From NCBI GenBank assembly GCA_043745195.1, contig JAYTTF010000188.1:37316-101315 (forward strand): a stretch of DNA of 64,000 nt. The letters are read 5' to 3'. The DNA is from Bryobacterales bacterium. Its GTDB lineage: Bacteria > Acidobacteriota > Terriglobia > Bryobacterales > Bryobacteraceae. The translations under genes were made by a program, and so were the position numbers. The notes beneath the pieces are model-generated. The model was given only the letters and a program-made list of their open reading frames with translations, made no database searches and was not told the DNA's origin. Shown piece after piece: positions 56,623 through 64,000 of the stretch. Position 1 is the stretch's first letter; each line of letters starts with the position of its first letter.

Positions 56623-56742
56623 TTGATATCTCTCCTCGATTTCTAATCTTGCTTTGCGCTTGCGGCAGGGGGAAGGCACACCGCCAGTGCGCTATACAGT
56701 TTTGCACGTTTCGCGCCAAACGTCATCGGCTATTTCATATCT

Positions 56743-57747
56743 TTATTCAACAATCTCCGCACGCCAACTTAACCGCGGCCCCAGCACTGTTAGTAATTGC
56801 CGGATAAGTGGCCACTTTTGAATGACGTTGATTGTGGATAACAATTTGGCTAACTTGGGCTTATGTGGCGCGCTTAGTAGTGCAGGGCCAACTGAAATAG
56901 AAGTGTAACCTGCGGCGCGTAAATAGTTCCTCAATTCACCAGATCCAAACAAATTTACCTGGTAGCGGTGCAGATCGTTTCTCCGCCAAGCTACATAGCT
57001 GGCTTGCTGCAATCTTGGAAGCCATCCAACACACCACAATCCAACTTGCGGGTCGGGCATGGGAGCGTAACGATTGTTGGTGTATCCGATCAGTTCCCCT
57101 TGTGGCCGAAGGATTCGTCGGCATTCGCGCAGCATTGCCTCAGCATCACGGACGTGCTCAATAACATCAACCGCTGTAACAGCGACAAATTGATTGTTGG
57201 CGAAGGGGAGAGCTTCTGCATTTGCGCAAATCAACTGGGCGGAAACACCCAATTCACGCAAGCGCAGTTGGCCGATTACTAACCAGCGGAATGCGCAATC
57301 CACACCAACGGTAAGTTTGAATCTATCCCTTGCAGCCGCAACCATTCCACCAGTGGAACATCCAATATCCAGAAGCGAGTAACCCTTAAGTTTCGATTCG
57401 GCCAAATAATCTTGGGCTATAGCAACTTCGGCCAACGCATGAGCAGTCCAGTGAACCGCTAAGTCAGCCGGATCCTCCGGCGTGATCGAGTAATAGTAAT
57501 CCAGCATCTGCGCGAATGTGCGCGATTGGCAGGCTTCCCATAAGTGCAGGCCCTTGGCGCGGTCGGCCTCCAACGCAATGTAAGGATCTGGTTGCAGCCG
57601 AAAGTCTGGAATGCCGCAAATAATAGGGAAATCCAGTAAACAAGCAGGGCAATGAAATGCCGCAGACAAATGCCGGATTTCGCCTTTGCATTGTGGACAG
57701 ACTAAGGATAAGTCAGTCAGTGCGGACACAACTGCCTCCCGCACCAC
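56743..57747 (-). CDS. Class I SAM-dependent methyltransferase with N-terminal Trm112-like zinc ribbon
   Basis: 334 aa. CPQCKG...CPAC. Motif I LLDIGCSTGGM. Post-I VGVDCA. Overlaps the upstream GT2 gene by 35 nt. Confidence 0.8.
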   Translation of the reverse strand: MVREAVVSALTDLSLVCPQCKGEIRHLSAAFHCPACLLDFPIICGIPDFRLQPDPYIALEADRAKGLHLWEACQSRTFAQMLDYYYSITPEDPADLAVHWTAHALAEVAIAQDYLAESKLKGYSLLDIGCSTGGMVAAARDRFKLTVGVDCAFRWLVIGQLRLRELGVSAQLICANAEALPFANNQFVAVTAVDVIEHVRDAEAMLRECRRILRPQGELIGYTNNRYAPMPDPQVGLWCVGWLPRLQQASYVAWRRNDLHRYQVNLFGSGELRNYLRAAGYTSISVGPALLSAPHKPKLAKLLSTINVIQKWPLIRQLLTVLGPRLSWRAEIVE

Positions 57748-58606
57748 CTAGATAGCCGGTAACTTCACCAACACCCCAAGCAAGGAAATATACTAACAAC
57801 AAAGGACAGGCAGCAGTAAAGCGCCAGCGATTTCTTGACTTGCTGAAAACTGCTCGTGCCGCTCTAACAAAAAGTAACGCAGGGATTAAGGGTGATTGCA
57901 GCAGCAACGCCGTCCGTTGCGATGCAGGAGTAGCCAGCCAACGCCGCCCTCCGTAGCATCGGCCATGCCGGAATCGAAGCGGGATGTACCCCAACATGCC
58001 TCGGTTCTGATGTTGTCGTACAGTCGCTCCTGCGCATAACCAGAAAGGCTTTTCCTTGACGATCTCATGGTTGAATTCCGCTTCCCAGAAGCCGTCAGTA
58101 AGTAAGTCAGCGCGGCGAAGCAACACATCCCGCCGGTAACAGGCGTTGTTACCAGGAAGCATCTTAGTTGATCCTTCAACCAGCGGTGGCATGAAGTTGG
58201 AATATCTTGTGAAATACTGTGCCCATCCGGCGTAAGTCTCCAAGCCTTGGTCAACACCACCACCACTTACATCCACTCCATGCTGATCCAAGGCAGTAAC
58301 CAGTTTCTTCAACCAGCCATCAGGGAAAGTGCAATGATCTTCGGCAATGACAATGTACTGCGCAGTTGTTGCATTCACGCCATTTCTGCGCAGTTGCGGA
58401 ATCCCTTGCGGGCCTTCGGCCGCCAAAAGCTTCACCCCTTCCAGACTCCAGCTCCGCAGCAATTGCGCCGTGGGGTCAGTGTCCGAAACAGTAACAATAA
58501 GTTCGGCGTTCATCTGACGGCACTCGCCGATAGCCGAAGCAAGAGTAGCTTGAATGGTTGCTTCGGCTTCTCGAACAGGAATCACAACGGCAACTGTTGG
58601 CTTCAA
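57713..58606 (-). CDS. Glycosyltransferase family 2
   Basis: 297 aa. KPTVAVVIPVREAEATI..., acidic IVIAEDHC motif, C-terminal TM helices. 4-nt overlap with the upstream gene. Confidence 0.75.
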   Translation of the reverse strand: MKPTVAVVIPVREAEATIQATLASAIGECRQMNAELIVTVSDTDPTAQLLRSWSLEGVKLLAAEGPQGIPQLRRNGVNATTAQYIVIAEDHCTFPDGWLKKLVTALDQHGVDVSGGGVDQGLETYAGWAQYFTRYSNFMPPLVEGSTKMLPGNNACYRRDVLLRRADLLTDGFWEAEFNHEIVKEKPFWLCAGATVRQHQNRGMLGYIPLRFRHGRCYGGRRWLATPASQRTALLLQSPLIPALLFVRAARAVFSKSRNRWRFTAACPLLLVYFLAWGVGEVTGYLGGAGGSCVRTD

Positions 58607-59478
58607 AAGATTCGTGGCTCCCCGGCATTGCCTGTTGCATAGCCCACCGCTTCACCCAACGCCCAAGCGGAGTTCAGAGTCAATAGCCAACCCAGAGTTG
58701 CGGCAGATAATAGCCTTTTGTTCTTTCTTTGAGCCGTGCGCCACGTCAATAAGCAAGGCAGTAATAGAGCTATCAGCGCGTAACCAAGGTTCCTTTGTCC
58801 AAATCGGTTGGCAGCATATCCACGGCCATAGAAAAATCGTTGCTGCAAGGCGACCCATGGCGTCATCGTGTTTTCAAACTCAATGACAGCTTGGCTCATC
58901 CACAATGTTTTCCCTTGTTGCTTCCATCGTAAGTGCAGCAGAGTCTCCCATTTGCCATCGGAAAGTAAGTCGTGTTCTTTTATGAGGGCAACTCGCTTGT
59001 AAGATAAATTGGCCCCAGCCAATTCACTCGTAACACCTTCGGCCATGGGAGCAGTGTAAGCTCCGTATTCGCAAAGATAGAGACCTCGTTCAAAAGCGGA
59101 CGATGGTTCGGCTAAAGCAACTGGGCCGCCGACGGCTGGACATTCCGGATGTGCCGCATGAGCCTCAACAATTCGCCGAGCCCAATCCGGTTGCGGAATA
59201 GTGCGGGCTTCCACTGCACCCACTAAGTCAGTTTGCACATGTTCAAGCGCAGCCCAGCGCATTGCAGGAACAAACAGCGGCCTGTCCCAATGGAGGAATG
59301 TAACAAGCGGGAAGCGGGATTGAAGTGCGTCACCCGGATTTACCGGCGAACAATCAGCCACCAAAATTTGACTTACTTCCGCCTGCGCACAAAGAGAGGC
59401 TAAACACTTTTCCAAAACCACCGGCGATTGATAGCTGGTGACGATCACTGTTAATGGAGCATCAGCTCTTTTCATCAT
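58603..59478 (-). CDS. Glycosyltransferase family 2
   Basis: 291 aa. LTVIVTSYQSPVVLEKCLASL... layout of a GT-A fold, with a C-terminal TM segment. 17-nt overlap with the upstream gene. Confidence 0.65.
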   Translation of the reverse strand: MMKRADAPLTVIVTSYQSPVVLEKCLASLCAQAEVSQILVADCSPVNPGDALQSRFPLVTFLHWDRPLFVPAMRWAALEHVQTDLVGAVEARTIPQPDWARRIVEAHAAHPECPAVGGPVALAEPSSAFERGLYLCEYGAYTAPMAEGVTSELAGANLSYKRVALIKEHDLLSDGKWETLLHLRWKQQGKTLWMSQAVIEFENTMTPWVALQQRFFYGRGYAANRFGQRNLGYALIALLLPCLLTWRTAQRKNKRLLSAATLGWLLTLNSAWALGEAVGYATGNAGEPRIF

Positions 59479-60928
59479 TCAATTGGGCAGCTGTACGGCT
59501 TGTGTGGGCAGGTCGAAACGAATGGCGCAATAATCCGATACCGAAGGAAATTCCATTATAGAAGTGATACAGCAGATGGAAGGGCACAGCTGCCAGTGCA
59601 AACCAGCGGCCCCGCTTGGCAGCAAGAAATACATAAAACTGGCTATTCACGGCAATCAAAATAATAGTCCCCAATAAAGAAATTAAGAATAGTGGCTGCA
59701 GCCCTAAGGAAGCAACCGAGTGTGCCTTGCCCATTGCGCACGCCAAAGTGAATGGCATGGAACAAGGGCAAGCATGCATAAATGTTAGGGCCGATAGCGA
59801 GGCAAGAACGCCGTAAAATCCATAAACTAGCATTAGACTTCGCCTGCGGGTGCTCGGTTCTCCCTCATACCGATGTCCAAGAGCGAGTATGGAATAACCA
59901 AGTACCAGTGGCGGAACTAGCGACAACATATGGTGCTGATAAGCCATTAGGAGCAATGCTGCCATGGCCAAACTCATGGTCACAATAACCGGCTTTGAAC
60001 GCTGCTGCGAACCTTCCAGCCAATAGCGCGAAAGTAGAAAAAAGATCAGCGCGAATAACGGCGTAAGGAAATAGCCTTTGTAGTAAATTGCCGCCGCCAA
60101 GGCTCCGCCCAACAAAAGATAAACCAGTGCCACACTTACCCGCTGACTCAGTTGCAGGTTTAGATCATTTGGCATGTTGCGGTCGCGCAGAATCAATTCA
60201 GTCCATGGAATTCCTCGATCCAGAACGTCGGTCTTCAGAAGATTCCAGAAAGTCCACTTCTTTAAATGCTTCACTTGCAGCTTACGGTCCAGCACCATCT
60301 TCCGTCCGGCACTGCTCAAACGGTAACCCAGTTCAATATCTTCAATCGCCGGGCGGCCGTAGGATTCATCGAAGCCACTGTGTTCCAGGAACACTGATCG
60401 GCGCATGGCACCGCAACCGCTCCAAAAGGTGCAAGCCTGTTCCCGTGCCTGCTGATGGACAAAAGAATGCATCAGGTTTTTGTACTGTGAAAGAAAGTCG
60501 GATGAACCTGGGGAATCGTCGTAAGAACCAATGAGTGCTGCCAACTCTGCATCCTCTTCAAAGGCGGTTTGCACAATGCCAACAGTATCGGGATAAACGC
60601 ATACGTCAGCGTCAATGAAAAACACAACATCGGCGTTGGTTGCTTTGGTACCCAGGTTGCGCGCAGTTGCTGGTCCGTGGTTGCCGCCAGTCGGAACTAC
60701 GCGCGCACCAAACTCGATGGCAGTTAGAGCAGAGGAATCAGTTGACCCATCGTCAACAACAATCAACTCCCAGCTTTGTGCACGAGTTTGCGCAAGGCTT
60801 TGCAGACATTGGCGCAACATAGCTCCACCGTTATACACGGGAATGATGACCGCCACAGTAATTGGCACGAAACTCAATCTTACGATATTTTCGCTTCTTT
60901 GTTGCACGTTAGCTGATTCATGAAGCAT
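59462..60928 (-). CDS. Glycosyltransferase family 2 with C-terminal polytopic membrane domain
   Basis: 488 aa. VAVIIPVYNGGAMLRQCLQSL, LIVVDDGSTDSS, FIDADV (DxD). About six C-terminal TM helices. The start may lie downstream of 60928, because only 21 nt separate it from the divergent nadE. Confidence 0.85.
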   Translation of the reverse strand: MLHESANVQQRSENIVRLSFVPITVAVIIPVYNGGAMLRQCLQSLAQTRAQSWELIVVDDGSTDSSALTAIEFGARVVPTGGNHGPATARNLGTKATNADVVFFIDADVCVYPDTVGIVQTAFEEDAELAALIGSYDDSPGSSDFLSQYKNLMHSFVHQQAREQACTFWSGCGAMRRSVFLEHSGFDESYGRPAIEDIELGYRLSSAGRKMVLDRKLQVKHLKKWTFWNLLKTDVLDRGIPWTELILRDRNMPNDLNLQLSQRVSVALVYLLLGGALAAAIYYKGYFLTPLFALIFFLLSRYWLEGSQQRSKPVIVTMSLAMAALLLMAYQHHMLSLVPPLVLGYSILALGHRYEGEPSTRRRSLMLVYGFYGVLASLSALTFMHACPCSMPFTLACAMGKAHSVASLGLQPLFLISLLGTIILIAVNSQFYVFLAAKRGRWFALAAVPFHLLYHFYNGISFGIGLLRHSFRPAHTSRTAAQLNDEKS

Positions 60929-60949
60929 GTCCCCGGTACAATGGAATGA

Positions 60950-62593
60950 ATGCGTATCGCTCTAGGGCAGATCAACACAACCATCGGTGATCTGGCAGGC
61001 AATGTAGATAAGATGGTTGCCATGGTTCGCCAAGCCGCTGGGCTGGGAGCGGATTTGGTTGTCTTCCCCGAACTATGCATCACCGGCTACCCGCCGCAGG
61101 ATCTGATTGAACGGCCTGGTTTTGTTGCTCGTTCAATGGCGGCAGTGGATCGCCTGATTGCAGAAACCGCAAGCTTGTCTCCAGCATTGATTGCCGGAAG
61201 CATTGAACCTTCTGAAGACGGTAGGCGCGTTCGCAACCTTGCCATTGTCGCCCAAAGAGGGCAAGTTTTAGTCAAGCAACAAAAAATGTTGCTGCCCACG
61301 TATGACGTATTCGATGAGCAGCGTTATTTCGTTCCTTCGGAAAAAGAAAAGTTGGTCTACATTGGCCGGGTTCCTGTTGCCATCACGATTTGTGAAGATG
61401 CCTGGAACGACAAGTACTTCTGGCGTCAGCCGCAATACGATCGCGATCCAGTCGAGGAATTAGTTCGCCAAGGTGCCAAGGTTTTAGTCAGTATCAATGC
61501 ATCGCCATACAGCATGGGGAAACGTGACCAACGCCGGCAGATGTTTGAAGCACTGGCTTGCCGCCATGGAATTCCTGCTGTTTATGTGAATTCGGTAGGT
61601 GGCAATGATCAATTGGTTTTTGATGGCTCCAGTTTTGCCCTAAACGCCGAAGGCGCTGTAATCGCCTCTGCCAAGAGTTTCGAAGAAGATTGCCCACTGG
61701 TGGATCTTACAACGCAAATCGGCGACAAGAACGAAAATCTGAGCGACGAGTGTGAAGCTGCCTATCAGGCCTTGGTGTTGGGAACGCGCGACTATGTGCG
61801 TAAGTGCGGTTTCAGCAAAGTACTCATCGGTCTTTCTGGCGGTATAGATTCGTCCCTGGTCGCAGCGGTAGCGGTCAGCGCTCTGGGTAAGGAAAACGTA
61901 ATAGGTGTTGGCATGCCCGGCCCTTATTCATCGGATCACAGCGTGACCGATGCGCGTGACATGGCCCAACGTCTGGGGATTCGGTTTGAGCTGATCTCCG
62001 TAAATGGCCTCTATCATGAATTTATTCGCACGCTGGCTCCAGTATTCGAAGGTGCTGCCGCTGACGTCACTGAAGAGAATATTCAATCCCGCCTGCGTGG
62101 CAATACGTTAATGGCCCTATCCAATAAATGGGGCGCTCTGGTGCTTACAACCGGGAACAAGAGCGAGATGGCTGTGGGTTATTGCACGCTCTACGGAGAC
62201 ATGTGTGGTGGGCTTGCGGTGATCTGCGATGTGCCGAAAACATTAGTGTATAAGTTGTGCCGGGTTGCCAACCAGATGTTGGGTCCAGTAATTCCGGAAT
62301 CTGTATTCACCAAGCCACCATCGGCCGAACTTCGCGCTGATCAGAAAGATACGGATTCACTGCCCGAATACGATGTACTGGATGCAATTCTTCACGCCTA
62401 CATTGAAGAAGCAAAGACGTCAGCCGAAATTGCCGAGCAGCATCACTTTCCTCTTGATCTGGTGCGTGGCATCACCTTGAAGGTTGACCGCAACGAGTAT
62501 AAACGCCAACAGGCTGCCCCCGGGTTGAAAGTTACATCGAAGGCGTTCGGAATGGGCCGTCGATATCCAATTGCGCAGAGGTTTACTGAATGA
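60950..62593 (+). CDS. nadE: Glutamine-dependent NAD+ synthetase
   Basis: 547 aa. N-terminal CN-hydrolase domain (MRIALGQIN..., FPELCITGY, ICEDAW). C-terminal NAD synthetase domain with P-loop GLSGGIDSS. Confidence 0.93.
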   Translation: MRIALGQINTTIGDLAGNVDKMVAMVRQAAGLGADLVVFPELCITGYPPQDLIERPGFVARSMAAVDRLIAETASLSPALIAGSIEPSEDGRRVRNLAIVAQRGQVLVKQQKMLLPTYDVFDEQRYFVPSEKEKLVYIGRVPVAITICEDAWNDKYFWRQPQYDRDPVEELVRQGAKVLVSINASPYSMGKRDQRRQMFEALACRHGIPAVYVNSVGGNDQLVFDGSSFALNAEGAVIASAKSFEEDCPLVDLTTQIGDKNENLSDECEAAYQALVLGTRDYVRKCGFSKVLIGLSGGIDSSLVAAVAVSALGKENVIGVGMPGPYSSDHSVTDARDMAQRLGIRFELISVNGLYHEFIRTLAPVFEGAAADVTEENIQSRLRGNTLMALSNKWGALVLTTGNKSEMAVGYCTLYGDMCGGLAVICDVPKTLVYKLCRVANQMLGPVIPESVFTKPPSAELRADQKDTDSLPEYDVLDAILHAYIEEAKTSAEIAEQHHFPLDLVRGITLKVDRNEYKRQQAAPGLKVTSKAFGMGRRYPIAQRFTE

Positions 62594-64000
62594 CAATGAA
62601 AGCTTTGGCCGCCATGCTTTTGACATTTGCCGCAGCGGCGCTGCTGGTTTCCCAATCAGCTCCGCCCCAAGAAGTGGGACCCTTGCGCGACGGCAAATTC
62701 CTACTGAACAGCCGAGCAGTATTATCGCCGGCGGGGAAGCAGATTCCCCTTGATACACTGCCGATGAACAGCTTGTTGTCTCCCGATGGCAAGCATTTGT
62801 TGGTGCTGCACGGTGGATATAGACCGCCATCGATTCACGTGCTGAATGCTGCAACCCTGCAATTGGAAAGCAAGATTGGTTTGCCCGATGCTTGGCTTGG
62901 GATGGCTTTTGCCCCAGGTGGCAGCTTGTTGTATGTGGGCGGCGGCTCCCGTTCCGTGATTTACGAATACCGCTTCTTTACCAATGAGGGCAAGCTGGAA
63001 CTGAGTCGCACCTTCCCAGTAGTTCCTGAAAAAGATCGTAAGGCAACCGATTTTGTGGGGGACGTGGCCCTTTCTCCAGATGGGCGGCTGATCTATATTG
63101 CCATGTTGTATCGCGACGAAATTGCCGTCATCAATCCGCAGTCTGGAATGGTTATTGAGCATTGGCGCACTGGCAGGCGGCCTTACAAAATTCTGTTTCA
63201 TCCTGACGGCAAATCCTATTTCGTCTCCGCTTGGGCAGGGGCTGCGGTATACCAGCATGAATCGGATACTGGCCGTTCCATTGGCATGATTGGTACCGGC
63301 CCACACCCTACCGACATGGTGTGGCGTGACCGTCAAGCCACGGCTGAGGCTGATGACAATGAATCCTACAAGGCTCGAATTTTCGTCACTGCGGGCAATA
63401 CCAACAACGTGAATGTGCTGGGCATTAGCGGGGAGCGCACTGTTTCCAATATCGAAACCATCAACGTCGGTTTGTATCCTGTAATGCCCGCTGGTATGAC
63501 TCCCAGCGCACTTGCCCTAAGCCCGGATAAAAACAAATTATTCGTAGTTTGTTCCGACGCCAATGCTGTTGCGGTGGTTGATGTGATGACGAAGAAGTCG
63601 AGGGTTGAGGGCTTTATCCCATCTGGCTGGTACCCCATTGCCGCGCGCGTGATGCCGGACAATCGACTGCTGGTTTTCAATGGCCGCGGTACACGCAGTT
63701 ATCCAAATCCGCAGGGCCCCAATCCCACCAGGAAAGCGGCCCCTACGCATGAAGGAATTCGGAGTGATCAGTATGTGGGACTTCTGCAAACTGGAACCAT
63801 GTCTGTTGTGGATGTGTTTAGTATGGAGCAGTTGGATCAATGGACCAGAACTGTTCGTGCCAACTCGCCCTACAATCCAGAGCAGCATCAAGTGGCCCAC
63901 AGGAATCCGGCGACGCCCATTCCTCAAAATGCCAGTGAGACAGGTGGACCCATTGAGCACGTGATTTACATCATCAAAGAGAATCGCACTTACGATCAAG
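62590..64000 (+). CDS. Secreted beta-propeller (YVTN/lactonase-like) protein fused to a phosphoesterase (PLC/AcpA family) domain; 3' end outside window
   Basis: Not in the supplied ORF track, because there is no stop before the window end. The ATG at 62590 overlaps the nadE TGA (ATGA). Signal peptide MTMKALAAMLLTFAAAALLVSQ. Repeats LSPDGKHLLV, LSPDGRLIYI, FHPDGKSYFV, LSPDKNKLFVV. At the edge, GGPIEHVIYIIKENRTYDQ is the phosphoesterase-family N-terminal motif. Confidence 0.8.
   Translation, partial: MTMKALAAMLLTFAAAALLVSQSAPPQEVGPLRDGKFLLNSRAVLSPAGKQIPLDTLPMNSLLSPDGKHLLVLHGGYRPPSIHVLNAATLQLESKIGLPDAWLGMAFAPGGSLLYVGGGSRSVIYEYRFFTNEGKLELSRTFPVVPEKDRKATDFVGDVALSPDGRLIYIAMLYRDEIAVINPQSGMVIEHWRTGRRPYKILFHPDGKSYFVSAWAGAAVYQHESDTGRSIGMIGTGPHPTDMVWRDRQATAEADDNESYKARIFVTAGNTNNVNVLGISGERTVSNIETINVGLYPVMPAGMTPSALALSPDKNKLFVVCSDANAVAVVDVMTKKSRVEGFIPSGWYPIAARVMPDNRLLVFNGRGTRSYPNPQGPNPTRKAAPTHEGIRSDQYVGLLQTGTMSVVDVFSMEQLDQWTRTVRANSPYNPEQHQVAHRNPATPIPQNASETGGPIEHVIYIIKENRTYDQ

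Noticed and set aside
55604-56626. 340-aa plus-strand ORF opposite the DUF937-OmpA gene
   Set aside because: Antisense shadow. Ala/Pro/Ser-rich with no motifs, whereas the minus strand has the OmpA_C signature and a strong RBS.
62722-63999. 204-aa and 153-aa minus-strand ORFs near the right edge
   Set aside because: Antisense to the uninterrupted 470-codon plus-strand propeller-phosphoesterase frame.
1-64000. Search for sigma-54 promoters (TGGCAC-N5-TTGC), CRISPR arrays, tRNA/rRNA/tmRNA
   Set aside because: Several TGGCAC hits (for example near 907, 24190, 34060, 46620 and 52565) lack a correctly spaced TTGC. No regularly spaced direct repeats and no cloverleaf or rRNA-like segments were recognised by eye. 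A proper scan with tRNAscan-SE, Infernal or a CRISPR finder is needed.

Overview
64-kb chromosomal window, most likely from an Acidobacteriota genome. That assignment is an inference from lineage-typical proteins: a TIGR03435-like protein, a Kelch protein with a TIGR03437/Soli_cterm-like tail, a carboxypeptidase-regulatory-type TonB-receptor fragment, and many secreted peptidases. I recognise about 50 protein genes and no rRNA, tRNA or CRISPR array.

Layout:
(1) nt 1-17742: nine co-directional, tightly packed or translationally coupled envelope genes. In order: IPT/TIG surface protein, Ser/Thr-kinase/class-III-cyclase/DUF4384 receptor, pentahaem cytochrome, 697-aa outer-membrane beta-barrel, decahaem cytochrome fused to an LVIVD beta-propeller, secreted tandem GlcG/HbpS (DUF336) protein, periplasmic caspase-PEGA-TPR protein, and a haem-c/PHM-like copper-monooxygenase fusion. 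This is the most interesting block. It is a candidate, apparently undescribed, porin-cytochrome-type envelope redox module with built-in signalling and protease genes.
(2) 18-27.5 kb: housekeeping and metabolic genes (S9 peptidase, crotonase, cupin, rmlC-rmlB, TIM-barrel isomerase, rpsA) plus a TPR pseudogene.
(3) 27.5-29 kb: two back-to-back type II TA modules (vapBC and a Gp49/HigB-like + XRE pair).
(4) 29-40.6 kb: NtrB/NtrC-type two-component pair, sialate-O-acetylesterase-like gene, REC-HD-GYP, CCA/poly(A) nucleotidyltransferase, Xer recombinase, TonB, M3 peptidase.
(5) 40.6-44.45 kb: decayed mobile-element remnant (frameshifted ParA, second Gp49/XRE TA pair, orphan genes, IS1595 transposase fragment, frameshifted SRPBCC gene).
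(6) 44.5-64 kb: OM barrel, M16/M16/LolA-like operon, TIGR03435, Spy-like chaperone, hydrolase, TonB-receptor fragment fused to an IS4/IS1634-like remnant, Kelch protein, DUF937-OmpA, an overlapping methyltransferase + 3x GT2 operon, nadE, and a propeller-phosphoesterase gene running off the right edge. That last gene is absent from the ORF track.

Two genes, the TPR gene and the HigB-like toxin, are each interrupted by the same lesion: a TTAA to TTAATTAA 4-bp duplication. Removing it restores the reading frame exactly.

All calls rest on motif recognition by eye. No database search, HMM or GC computation was run.
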